DNA of 62,948 bases, filler included. It is 14 parts of 14 records of this genome, joined end to end, with 100 filler letters (N's around TTAATTAATTAA, not from the genome) between each part and the next. Parts side by side here need not be neighbours in the genome. Positions count along the whole stretch, not along the records: positions 47,877 to 51,255 come from SRR15195285_7704; positions 51,356 to 55,863 come from SRR15195285_7712; positions 55,964 to 59,686 come from SRR15195285_7715; 11 more parts are not named here. The stretch is one strand, 5' to 3'. The notes below the pieces were generated by a model. That model was not told the origin of the DNA, searched no databases, and was given only the letters and a program-made list of their open reading frames with translations. Made by a program: the position numbers and the translations under genes. Shown one piece after another: positions 49,391 to 59,786 of the stretch. The stretch's first letter is position 1, and each line of letters opens with the position of its first letter.

Positions 49391-51255
49391 TCATTCTGTT
49401 GACGAGAAAGGCGTTCGACCTGGCTGGAGCTCATGACCGGGCTGCCGCCAGGCTCTCTCTTCAACATACGGTCCATCTTCCTCGAACAAGTCGCACGACG
49501 CGCTGCATGTGTAGCACGCGACGACCGCCCAGTCCAGATTATCACATGGCCCACTCCCTCCGTTCATCGTTAGGTAGTGCAAGAGCTGTGGCTGAACCTG
49601 AAACTCGTACTGGCGCGGTGCACCACACCGATCGCAGCTGCAGTTTGCAAACAACAAGGCCCGGCACAAGAGACACACAGAAGGAGAGAAATCATGGAGT
49701 TGTACACGGCAGAAGAGAGAAGAGAACCAGAAAAGAAGAACGAGTGGCACATGCAATGACATCATGTTGGGGCAAGATGTGCTGTTGAGTCGTACGGCTG
49801 CAGCGTGGGACCACCAGCTCCTGTATCTCCTCCTGCTGCTGTTGCTGCCTTGTCTTCCTGAATTGGTCGGTGCTGCCGATGCTGCCTGCCTGCCCACATC
49901 GGCGGCCCCCCGAGTCGGTACCGCACAACCTGATAACACGCGGCACAAATGAGTCTGAAACAACATCGGTATTGAGGAAAAGTACCGGCGAAACGTGGGT
50001 TCATTGCAGCAGAACGGACCTGGTCTGGGGCACGTGCAACCCGAAGCTGGAATTGCAGTAGCGCAGGGTCACGAGCTGGGTCATCTGCGCGCAGCCCTTC
50101 CATATCGCGCTGGTCTTCCTCGGTCAACTCATCACCCATCGCACCTGTGTCTGATTTCTTCTTGGTGTTGTACTGCCGGAGCTTCTCGCGTTCTGCAGCT
50201 GAGAGCGACTTTTCGTCCGGTTCACCTGGAAATGTCCAGCAGTCCGCACAAAAGAGGGACGACAGAGCAGATCACAATGATTCAGTAAGATAGTTCGTGA
50301 GCAGGGGAATGAGCGATGCGCAGCATTGCAGAGACTAACTTTCGACGACAAGCTCCCACTCCAACAGCGACCATTTGCAGCGCTTCTTGTATACATCTGC
50401 GGCTCCGAGCGGCGGGGCCAGCTGCCTCGACTTCGAACACCGGCAAACAAGCTTGTGCACAAGCCGCCAATCTTCTTTCTGGTGTTCCTCACACTAGTAG
50501 CCGACCAAACAAGTACAAGAACTCAGCGCGCAGCAGCGCGATGTACCCCCATAGTCTATCTGTTGCATGTGAACAACTGTATGGAAACTCACGCAGTAGA
50601 CCACTTCTTTGCAGCCCGAACAGCGCTTCGTTGCAGGGTTGCCGCACAGCGCACATGGGAGCGCCGCTCCGGTGCTGCCAATCGTCTCTACGCCACCCGC
50701 CGCGGCTGCCTTTGTCGGACTGGCCAGTTCCTCGATTGAGATTGGTGGCCGATGGACGCCATACGCAGGAGCTTTCGAAGAGTAGAACCTGTTGTTAAGG
50801 GGCAGCTGTGAGCGCCACAGCCGAAACGGAGCTGGATCCTGCAGCACACAAGGCGGAGGTGAGTCGGTGCAACGGTGGAACAAGTGAGGGCCCCATTGCT
50901 GTCGACGGCATATCGAGGCCATGAATCGAAGGCAGTCCAAACACTGAGAGCGCACCGGCGGTTTGCGCGCATGGCACGCAGAGGAACGGCAAGTGAAGAG
51001 GAACAGCGTGCGATGAAAAGCACCAGGCTGCGTGAACGCCCGACCCGGTCCACCCGTATAGATCTGCAGCAAAAATGTCATCGGCGCAGCGCAGTGTGGG
51101 CACCGGTTTTTGTCGACTGGAATGCCCATTGGGTGAAGCCACGCTGGGTAACCGCCGATCTTCGACGGGAAGTACTCTGGCTCAAGCTCGTGAGGGAAGT
51201 CGTCGCATTTCTCTGCGAAACCCAGGGCGACAGGGGTATCTAAGGCGTCTGCAGC
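49391..51255 (-). CDS. PDCD2: Programmed cell death protein 2 (MYND finger + PDCD2_C), multi-exon, 5' end at contig edge
   Basis: FPSKIGGYPAWL, CPHCAAPMTFLLQIY, AFHRTLFLFTC, RSQLP, CALCG...CSGC...YC, QVVRY, CDRCGAPRQYEFQVQPQLL, LDWAVVACYTCSASC. Confidence 0.92.
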
Positions 51256-51355
51256 NNNNNNNNNNNNNNNNNNNNNNNNNNNNNNNNNNNNNNNNNNNNT
51301 TAATTAATTAANNNNNNNNNNNNNNNNNNNNNNNNNNNNNNNNNNNNNNNNNNNN

Positions 51356-51378
51356 GGGCATAAGGGCCCCTTATGCCC
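51356..51378. repeat. Perfect inverted repeat (11-bp arms, 1-nt spacer)
   Basis: GGGCATAAGGG-C-CCCTTATGCCC at the contig start. Confidence 0.9.
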
Positions 51379-51939
51379 GGTGTCAGCACTGGGAACTACT
51401 ATATACATGTAGTAGCATTCTTAGGCTATAGCTAGTAAGCGGATTGAGAATATTATAGTGGGTACACACAATTTGATCATACGTTCGATTCGAATACTCG
51501 TATTCATAATCATATTCATAACATGTACACGCTGTACAAGTTCCACGCGCGGCGGATCTCAGGCTCACGCGTGGCGTTCGGAACGCCGCGCCGTTGTGGC
51601 ATCAAGGGGAGACTCGCCTTGCCCTCGGTGGTATGTCGCATGGCGCTGCATTTTGCGTAGGCCACCAAACCGGGCGCCCAAGTGCACTAGGGCTAGGGGC
51701 GTCGTCTTACGCCAAGTGTGGCCACAAACGACGAGAATGTATATACCGTGTTTTTTTGAGCTTTTAAAAAATGGGTTGTGCGCGGGTAAGCTCGACTTAT
51801 GGGGCCGCTCATTGTAACGTAGACACAAGAAATGTGGTCGGGTTTAGTACACCCGCACGCGACCGCTTCGCATACATTGACTTTTGAGCTGGTAGTTGCA
51901 TCAGGCGAGCCTGCCTGACCAAAAGCTCTCGCCTGCGCG

Positions 51940-54900
51940 TCAATGCGTGTCCGGCGAGAAGTGATTTGCGCAGCCATCTTGGCAACTCGCAACCCCCTCG
52001 CACCCACCTTTCTTAGAACACTCTTGCGGCGGTGTCACGCTCGCGCACTGATCGCACATTTGCAGCGTGACATTCTTGAGCTTGTAGTTGCAGTGTCCAC
52101 CAGCTGCAGCACAAGCAGCTTTGCATGTGGCGAGGTTGGTCGACACCTGCGCGAGAGCGCAGCCTTGATAGCATGATGGTTGGTTGCAACCACTGACCAT
52201 GTTGGCACAGCAGTGGCCCTCGCGCCAGCAATGTCCAATGCACGTGTCTGGAAATGTCGGTGGTGGCTGAGGGGGCAGTGGAGCCGGAGGTGGTGGTGGT
52301 GGAGCTGGAAGCGGTGGCAAGTCTAGCTTTTCTCGGGCCCAACCGATCAAAGTATCGTCATCCGGAATCTCGTAAACAGCGCTCCCAGCATCGCTCCCAC
52401 TCGCAAGCCACGTCGAGGCAAGCACAGGACCCGCGCAGCTCATAGTCATGTTCCCAGGAATCTTCGGATCGCCGAAGTACTCGTTATCGTGCATTGTCAG
52501 CCCACACACAGTCGAGGGAGCAACTCCCAGACCTGGGGATGGTTTGCCACGGCCTGGGCAGTCGCAGCCTCCGGTACTGCCGATATTCTTCGAAGCGGTT
52601 AGAACACACTTGTTCTTATACCACCCGACGCCATGTCCAGCTAGGAAGCCTCCGGCATTTACACAATTCTGTCCATCGCTGTCTCCGACATAGACGATGT
52701 TGTCATGAAATGCACTGTCGTGGCCGCCGTAGTCCATCTTCCAGCCTGTTGGGCACGCCCAGAAAATGGCGCCGTCAAACTTGTTGCGAATGTTCCGTCC
52801 TGATAACGATGTGGAAGCTACGTCAAACTTACCATCGGCCATGAACATGAAGTTATCGTGTATATCATACCAGCTGCTGCCATCGTCGGTATCAAACCCC
52901 TGACGAAAAAAATACGCTTGTTATTGTGCTGAAAGTTTTACCTGATATGTGGGTTGAAGCGTTTACCTGACTCGCTCCATAATTGGCAATAATCATATTG
53001 TGGCTGACGTGATTCATCTCTGCAGTATAGGATGGGTACCCATACTTGACGTCCGAGATGAAAGCGTTGCGATCCCAACTGTTAATTGGGCCTAGCAGTC
53101 AGTCACACAGCATGGTATTACACAAACAAGATGGACGCTACAGACGGCCAGCAGCCTCGGTACACTTCTTGTCATCTCACCGTGGTCCCCTGAGAGTCAG
53201 CCACACAACTGGTTACGATTCGTGGGAGTACAAAAGGCTCGTCTGCTAACAGTTATGAGATATTGATCATACCAGTCTCACGACACGTATTAAACCTGCG
53301 AACGTGCAGGCAGGTAAGTCCAGTGAACAGGCTTAATGCACAGGCGTGCTCACAGTAAACAATGTGGCGGGAGGGGGTAACGTTTAATGCACAGGCGTGT
53401 TCACAATAAGTTTCGACTGGCGTTCGTCCCCCCCCCGAATCCATCTGCGCAGTTAGCACACTTAGTCAGAGATAGTCAAAGTTGACCTGACGTAGGGATG
53501 ATAGTGACAAGTATCACCGTTGAAGTTGATCGCGGCCCTGAGTTGCAAAGGCACGGCTGGGTCAGGATCACATTTGCCCTTGCCCTCAATCACATTAGTG
53601 TACAATTCGACTCACCTTGGCTGGTTGAACGCCACATTTGAGTCAATGTTGGTCAAGCAAGTCTTAGCCTGAAACCACATTGAGCTCTGCTTCTCGATGA
53701 TTCCAATTTCACGTACGTAGTTGCGCTCAATGGAAGTATACCGAGGCTGCTGCCCGTCTGTACCGTCCATCTCGTTTGTGTAACCCCAGCCTGCCATCGC
53801 GCTCAGCCCGAGCCAGGCGAACTCGTTGTCGGCAAATGTCGTGTATCGATTGTAGCCGCTGACAAACAGTGCGTTGTTGTCGACCCGCAAAAATGAGCAG
53901 TGCTTTACAACACATCCTTCAGTCCCTTCAAAAAATACGGCGCCACCCCGATATAGCCCCCAGTCACCTCCACTCGGGACGCCCCAAGGTTCCATTGTGG
54001 TGTCAGCAGCATCCCTGAATTTGATCCCTTGGATCGTTACGTTCTTGATCGGGTCTGACATTGTTGAGTTGATCGAGATGAGAGTTTGCAGCTTCCCAGC
54101 CACAAGTCTGAAACACCAGAGCACCCTTGTCAGACACACAGCAGTTGCACTGGAATGCAGCATTCTCAGGACGTACCTTATCTTTGGGTCCGGTGGTGCA
54201 GGCTGACCATGCAGGGTCGCGTTCGGGATCATGTACAGCTTGTGTGTAGCCACATCGTAGAAGTACTCGTTTGGTGCATCTAGAGCCTCGCTGTAAGCAA
54301 ACGGAGCGCCCAGACCAATACACAAAACGTGACTATTTGCCCCTGAAAACAGGCTAATCCACGGCTGGACACACTTACCGGACGTTCTCGATCATCCACT
54401 TTCCCGCGAGCAGATAGTTGTCTGTCGTTGAATTGATGTTTTCGTGATTAACCTGCCACCCTCGCCCTCCTTGCCACCCGCCTTTCACCCACCCCCCAGC
54501 TGTCTTGGCAAACTCCACTGAATTGCCCTCCTTCTTTGCGATTTCAAACATGTTAACAAACCAGCCTTGCGCGCGCCAGACGTGCATGACTCCTCCCGCC
54601 GGATCCGTCCACTCTGCGATGTCTGGGTGCTGCTCAGGATCGAAGTCGAAGCCAACAGGCAGTGCAGGGGAGAGCCCTTGCGCTTCGTTGCCTTGGCGTG
54701 GATCATCGTAGCCGACCCAGCCACCAGCACTCGAGTTGCCGCAGAAATAATTGCCCATCGGGCCATACGGGCTCGCGTCACCCGACCAAGGGCTGCAGCA
54801 GCCCCCATGCCCGTTTGAGTAGGTATTGTAGCTGTCCCACATCGCTGAGTCGTTCTTGCATGGCGTTCCATCAGGCAGCTCGTGCTGCGAGTTGCAGTCG

Positions 54901-55733
54901 ACTAAGTTCTTGTACACGACTCGAGCTTTGCCGATGCACGACAAATCCTTATGCCATAGCTTCGGAGCGCCGTCGTTCCAACAGTCCGTGCACAGCTCTG
55001 GATTGCCGTTCGGATACCTTGAGCGCGTGATTCGAGTGTGGGGCTCCAGAGTCTGCAGGCCGGCAATGACCGGTGTCGTGCTCGCAGGTAGTTCGGCAAC
55101 GTATGCCCCGTGCTTATCGCCGGTGACCTTTGTCCACGTGAGCTCGGGCAGCAGCTCTCCGCCGCTGATATATGCCTCCTCCTCGCCGCTGGGGACGCCA
55201 CTGATGGTCAGTCCGGAATCACTTGGCGTCAGGTCTAGCGTTTCTTGTAGGTAATGCACACCGCCACGTAAGATCATGGTGCGCGGTCCCGGCGACTTGC
55301 GCAAGACGGCGAGCGCACCCGTGATCGTGGCAAACGGGGCTTTCGCACCGCCAGCTGCTGATCCATTATTGTCACTGCCCTTGGCAGGGTCCACGAAGAC
55401 TGTCGTGCCGGCAGAGCTTACGTTGAGCTTGATTGGCGGCAGCGGCGTATTGGCTGGACGCGTGATACCGCAGCTCTCCAGCTCCAGTGCGTCGAACGAT
55501 TCGATCTGCGGGGCGCGCAGCGGGATGAGCGACAGACCAAACTCATACGCCAAGAGGCGTCCGTGGCATTCCGTAGTGTTCAGGATGCTGCCCTCGGTCG
55601 TGTTCGAGTGCTTCCGGCACTCGCCTCGCGCGCAGGCCGCCTGCAGCTCCGAGCGCATGCGTGGGATGGAGTCGACTGCAGCGTCGCTAGCAGCGGCCAG
55701 GTGGATGATCAGAAGCAGGCAGCGGGCCTGCAT
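51940..55733 (-). CDS. Secreted right-handed beta-helix (pectin-lyase fold, GH141-like) protein with Pro linker and Cys-rich C-terminal domain
   Basis: Signal peptide; VFVDPAKGSD...PFATITGA, ILRGGVHYL, RSRYPN, GGWQGGRG, EALDAPNEYFY, SGGDW, NQPRAAINFNDGFGGG, FNTCRETGDHGPINSWDR, DTDDGSSWY. It includes micro-exons of 20, 40, 23 and 9 nt between 53181 and 53537. Confidence 0.8.
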
Positions 55734-56163
55734 CGAGCAGCCAGCCACGCCACGCCTGCACTGACCCGGGCGCGGTGCTACGCGCGCCGCGCATACGTAC
55801 GTCGCGCGCGCCGACGCGCGGCGATACCGCACCCATTGCCCAAGTCCGTGGGTTATGAACCCGNNNNNNNNNNNNNNNNNNNNNNNNNNNNNNNNNNNNN
55901 NNNNNNNTTAATTAATTAANNNNNNNNNNNNNNNNNNNNNNNNNNNNNNNNNNNNNNNNNNNNCGCAATATCAGTCCCGACGGTGGGCTGGGTATCAGTG
56001 AGTTTTCCGAATCCCAAGCGAATCCAACCCAGCCTGATGCCTGTGACGATGATGGCCAAAAGAGGTCGCCCCAATTTCGGCCTCATAGTGTTGAGTGGGG
56101 CGTGTACGCACTAGCAGGCGGCGGCTCAGCTCGCAGCGGCCAGGGAGAGTGAGGCTCGTGCGG

Positions 56164-59100
56164 ATGTCGATCACGGTGGACGACTGGGGCTCGGCTGTGG
56201 TTGGGCTGAAAGCGGAGGGGGCGGAGGGGGCTGAGGCTGGGTCTCGCACTGAGCATGAGGGGTCTCCTCCGCACCCGGCGCTGCTGCTGGAGCTGGTCGA
56301 GGAGAACAGCTCGACGATGGGGGTAGATGGCCTGCATGTCACATTCTACCAGATGGAGGCGCGGACGGGGCAGTCAGATTTCTTTGGCATCGAATTTGCA
56401 GTGCAGCCGGACGAGGCTGACCCCGACGCCACGCTCAAGGTCATCCGTCGCATCAAGAGAGACTCTACCGCTGCGAGTTTCGAGCCCCCAAACCAGATGC
56501 TCGCGCCAGGCATGGTCTTGAAAAGGGTCCAGGGCGAGGATGTTCAGGCCGAAGATCTGGCGACCACCTTGGGACGCATCGAGATGGCGCCGTTGCCCAT
56601 TGAGCTCGTGTTTGCCTCTGGTGTAGACGGATCGATGCCGCATGTCGTCGCGGTCGAGACGCCGCGCGACGCGTACGGCTTTCCGTTCGCCGTCGGGCGT
56701 GGCACTGGATCTGGGTACTTCCACACGTCACCGCGGACCCACCGGCGCATCGATGCCGAAGTACAGTCGAAGTCTGTATCACGGAAAGCGCGAAAACGAG
56801 TCGAAACACAGGAGAAGAAGTGGCAACGATGGCTGGAGCAGCCGCACCGCACCGATGCAATTAAAATTGCAAAGCTGGGCGTGCCTGAGCTGATGCGCCG
56901 TGATGTGTGGCCCAAACTTGCGGGGCTGGAAGAGATGAAGGCCAAGTGTGGTGATGACGCCACGTTCGTCGCACTGCGCAAGGCCGGTGAAGACGGCGCA
57001 GTGCCGCAGTCACCAGCCCGAACCGAGCAGGCCGTACAATTTGACCTAGACCAGATTGAGAAAGACCTACTTCGAACCTTCCCATCGCACCGACTCTTCG
57101 ATTCTAGCAGTGCGTCTTCTGGTGGGGTTGGTGTCGACGTTCTGCGTCAGATGCTCACTGCTTTCGTGCACCGGAATCCCACTACAGGCTACGTGCAATC
57201 AATGAATTACGTTGCAGCGACGATCATCATATGCCTGCTGCAGCGGGTGGACGACGCGAGCGTGAAAGACGAGGAAAGAGAGAATTCGTTCTGGCTATTT
57301 TCTGCTATAGTGGAGAACATTATGCCACAGTACTACGTCTCAGATCTCTTCGGTGTGCAGCGCGACATTCAGTGCATGGTCCTTTCACTGCGCAGATTGC
57401 TGCCGCAGCTATATGCTCACCTGGATCAACTGTGCATGCTGGAGCGCCTCAAAGTACAATTTTTCACTCCGTGGCTAATGAAACTCTTTGTCAATGCATT
57501 GCCGGTCTCGACAGTGCTCAGAGTGTGGGATCTAATGCTGGCAGAGCTGTTTGCAGGCGGCGAGCCGACCGAGCTGCTTGTGCGGGTCGGCCTGGCGGCA
57601 CTGGCTGAACACGAAGATGTACTTCTTAAAGTGCAAGACTCCGAAGTGTTCGCAGAGGAGCTGCACAGAGTATGCGCACAAACGACTGACGTGGACGCTT
57701 TGCTCAGCAGAGTTTGCTCGCGGCGCTGGGTGCGGATAGTGACAGAGGAGCAGGAGTCCGCGGTTCAGGAACTAAGGCCAACACGTCCACCTGAGCCAGA
57801 GCCGGAGCCCGAGCCGGCGCCGGAGCCGGAGCCTGAGCTCATCCTACAGCCAGATGCTAAAATAGAGCCTGCTACTAGAACAGCTGGTACTCTGGCTCGT
57901 ACAGCGTCTCTGCCGTTGTCACGCACACGATCTGCAGACAAACAGACCAAGCAGGTCCTCACCGCGATGCCGCCCGCATCTGCTTCAGCTTGCCACTATT
58001 ACATTGTGGTGTGCAAACGTGCGAACGTGCGCGAAAAGAAGTCGAAGGGGTCCGACTCTTGCGGTGTTCTGCAGGAGGGTACGGTGGTGGCTGCGCGACG
58101 CGAGGTGGAGAATATGGCAGGTCGGCTACGCATTCAATTTGAGTACAAAGGTGACGATGGTGCTGTGAAGCTTGGTTGGGTGAGCGTGATATCAAAAGCT
58201 GGTCGAGTGCTGCTCCGGCGATGTTCTTCTTGGGAAGCCTCCCCAGCAACGCGGAATAACCTGTTGCTCGATCGGACAACGTCCCCGATGATCTGCAGTT
58301 TTTGGTGCTGCGACCGGGTTGAGGTGTTTTCGAGCCCTGCGCTCAAGGAAAGCATTGCGTGCCTTGAGGCTGGGGTGATAATCGATGGCTTGGAACGTAG
58401 GCCGAAGCAGAAAGCGCCACGTCTCAACTTCTCTGCGCTTCTTCCTGCGAACAAAGCTTTAGGGAGCGCTCCTGGGAGCCAGGTCGCGGCACGTGCCCAT
58501 GTAGTGCGCTTCGAGCTGCCAGATCTGCGGATGGGCTGGGTGTGCACTCACGACCAGTTGACCGGTCAGCTGCAGCTTCTCGATACCTTCATGCGAGCCG
58601 AAAGCTTCCAGACGGAAGGGCATGAATCCGACGCACAATGCACCCAAATGGAGGACGGTGTACCTGTACCCCCATCACTGCAGGAGCAGCAACATCGTTG
58701 CGATATGGAGCTGGCCGAAATCGCACGACTGAAGAAGGAGTACGATATTGCGATGCGTGCTGATGAGTCGCCAGTGATTCGGTCTGACTTAGACGAGCAG
58801 CTTGCAGCGTGGAAACAGGCCAAGATGCGTGTTGATAGTGAGCTTATCAAGCAGGACCCGCAAGTGGTACAGGCTAAGGCACAGCAGACAGCGGCGGCGC
58901 CTGAACCTGCAGTGGTCGCAGAAGCACTAGAGTTGCCTCCGTTGCCGTTGCCAAGTGCAAACAGCACAGGTAGCAGCAGCGCGACTGACACCTCTACCCC
59001 ACGTCAGTTGCCCCAGCGCACACTATCATTTGGCGACTGGGTGTACAACACGCCCAGAGCAGAGGAGGCAGAACCGCCCTTCGACCAGTGGGGGCGCCCA

Positions 59101-59259
59101 CGAGGGCACATTGACTACGGTGTTGACCCATCTCAGCTGCTGATCGAGAACAGTGATGGCGACAGCTCAGAGGATGACGTGAGCACTGGATCTGATGATG
59201 ATTACGATTCCGACGAGGATGACGAGGAGGACCAGGACGCAGATCATCGGGCAGAATGA
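56164..59259 (+). CDS. TBC (Rab-GAP) protein with N-terminal PDZ-like and two SH3b-like domains
   Basis: FGIEF...LAPGMVLKRVQGEDV...PIELVF (PDZ); QIEKDLLRTFP, GYVQSMNYVA and LRVWD (TBC); VRE...LQEGTVV...GWVS (SH3b-like); a PEPEPE tract and an acidic tail. Confidence 0.88.
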   Translation: MSITVDDWGSAVVGLKAEGAEGAEAGSRTEHEGSPPHPALLLELVEENSSTMGVDGLHVTFYQMEARTGQSDFFGIEFAVQPDEADPDATLKVIRRIKRDSTAASFEPPNQMLAPGMVLKRVQGEDVQAEDLATTLGRIEMAPLPIELVFASGVDGSMPHVVAVETPRDAYGFPFAVGRGTGSGYFHTSPRTHRRIDAEVQSKSVSRKARKRVETQEKKWQRWLEQPHRTDAIKIAKLGVPELMRRDVWPKLAGLEEMKAKCGDDATFVALRKAGEDGAVPQSPARTEQAVQFDLDQIEKDLLRTFPSHRLFDSSSASSGGVGVDVLRQMLTAFVHRNPTTGYVQSMNYVAATIIICLLQRVDDASVKDEERENSFWLFSAIVENIMPQYYVSDLFGVQRDIQCMVLSLRRLLPQLYAHLDQLCMLERLKVQFFTPWLMKLFVNALPVSTVLRVWDLMLAELFAGGEPTELLVRVGLAALAEHEDVLLKVQDSEVFAEELHRVCAQTTDVDALLSRVCSRRWVRIVTEEQESAVQELRPTRPPEPEPEPEPAPEPEPELILQPDAKIEPATRTAGTLARTASLPLSRTRSADKQTKQVLTAMPPASASACHYYIVVCKRANVREKKSKGSDSCGVLQEGTVVAARREVENMAGRLRIQFEYKGDDGAVKLGWVSVISKAGRVLLRRCSSWEASPATRNNLLLDRTTSPMICSFWCCDRVEVFSSPALKESIACLEAGVIIDGLERRPKQKAPRLNFSALLPANKALGSAPGSQVAARAHVVRFELPDLRMGWVCTHDQLTGQLQLLDTFMRAESFQTEGHESDAQCTQMEDGVPVPPSLQEQQHRCDMELAEIARLKKEYDIAMRADESPVIRSDLDEQLAAWKQAKMRVDSELIKQDPQVVQAKAQQTAAAPEPAVVAEALELPPLPLPSANSTGSSSATDTSTPRQLPQRTLSFGDWVYNTPRAEEAEPPFDQWGRPRGHIDYGVDPSQLLIENSDGDSSEDDVSTGSDDDYDSDEDDEEDQDADHRAE

Positions 59260-59335
59260 CGACAATGCCGATGCCAACTAGGGTGTACGCGAGTGCGAAC
59301 AAGCTAATGACGGACAAGTCAGCCAACGCATCAAT

Positions 59336-59601
59336 TCAGTCATCAGAGCTCTCTTCCGTGTCTTCTTCTTCGTCGTCGTCGTCGTCGCCCTTGTCATACC
59401 CTTCAGCTCTGCTCCCGTCTCCTTCAGCCTCACTAAGACTGTCGTCTTCATAATCGCTCTCCTCGTCCTCATCATCTTCGCTCGCGTCTTGTTCACCTGT
59501 GCCAATTCGTACCACATGCACAGCATTTTTTGCCTTCGGGATACGTGACCAACGGCCGAGCCGATGCTCCTGCCCCGTAGCAGCAACGAGCACCGATCCA
59601 T
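59336..59601 (-). CDS. RRP9: Last exon of U3 snoRNP WD40 protein RRP9 (U3-55K)
   Basis: DGSVLVAATGQEHRLGRWSRIPKAKNAVHVV matches the diagnostic GQEHRLGRW C-terminus of RRP9, followed by an acidic tail. Confidence 0.8.
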
Positions 59602-59661
59602 CTACGCATGTATCGGACCACCACCTTTGTTAGATGTGCCTTTCGAAGCTGCAGAGAGAAC

Positions 59662-59686
59662 GGGGGGGGGGGGGGGGGGGGGGGGG
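59662..59686. repeat. Poly-G tract at contig end
   Basis: About 25 consecutive G; real intronic run or sequencing artefact. Confidence 0.8.
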
Positions 59687-59786
59687 NNNNNNNNNNNNNN
59701 NNNNNNNNNNNNNNNNNNNNNNNNNNNNNNTTAATTAATTAANNNNNNNNNNNNNNNNNNNNNNNNNNNNNNNNNNNNNNNNNNNN

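Noticed and set aside
3275-59786. TTAATTAATTAA repeated 13 times, resembling a regularly spaced element or array
   Set aside because: Always centred in exactly 88 Ns. It is an artificial six-frame-stop contig joiner, so ORFs ending in 'LIN' or X runs are artefacts.
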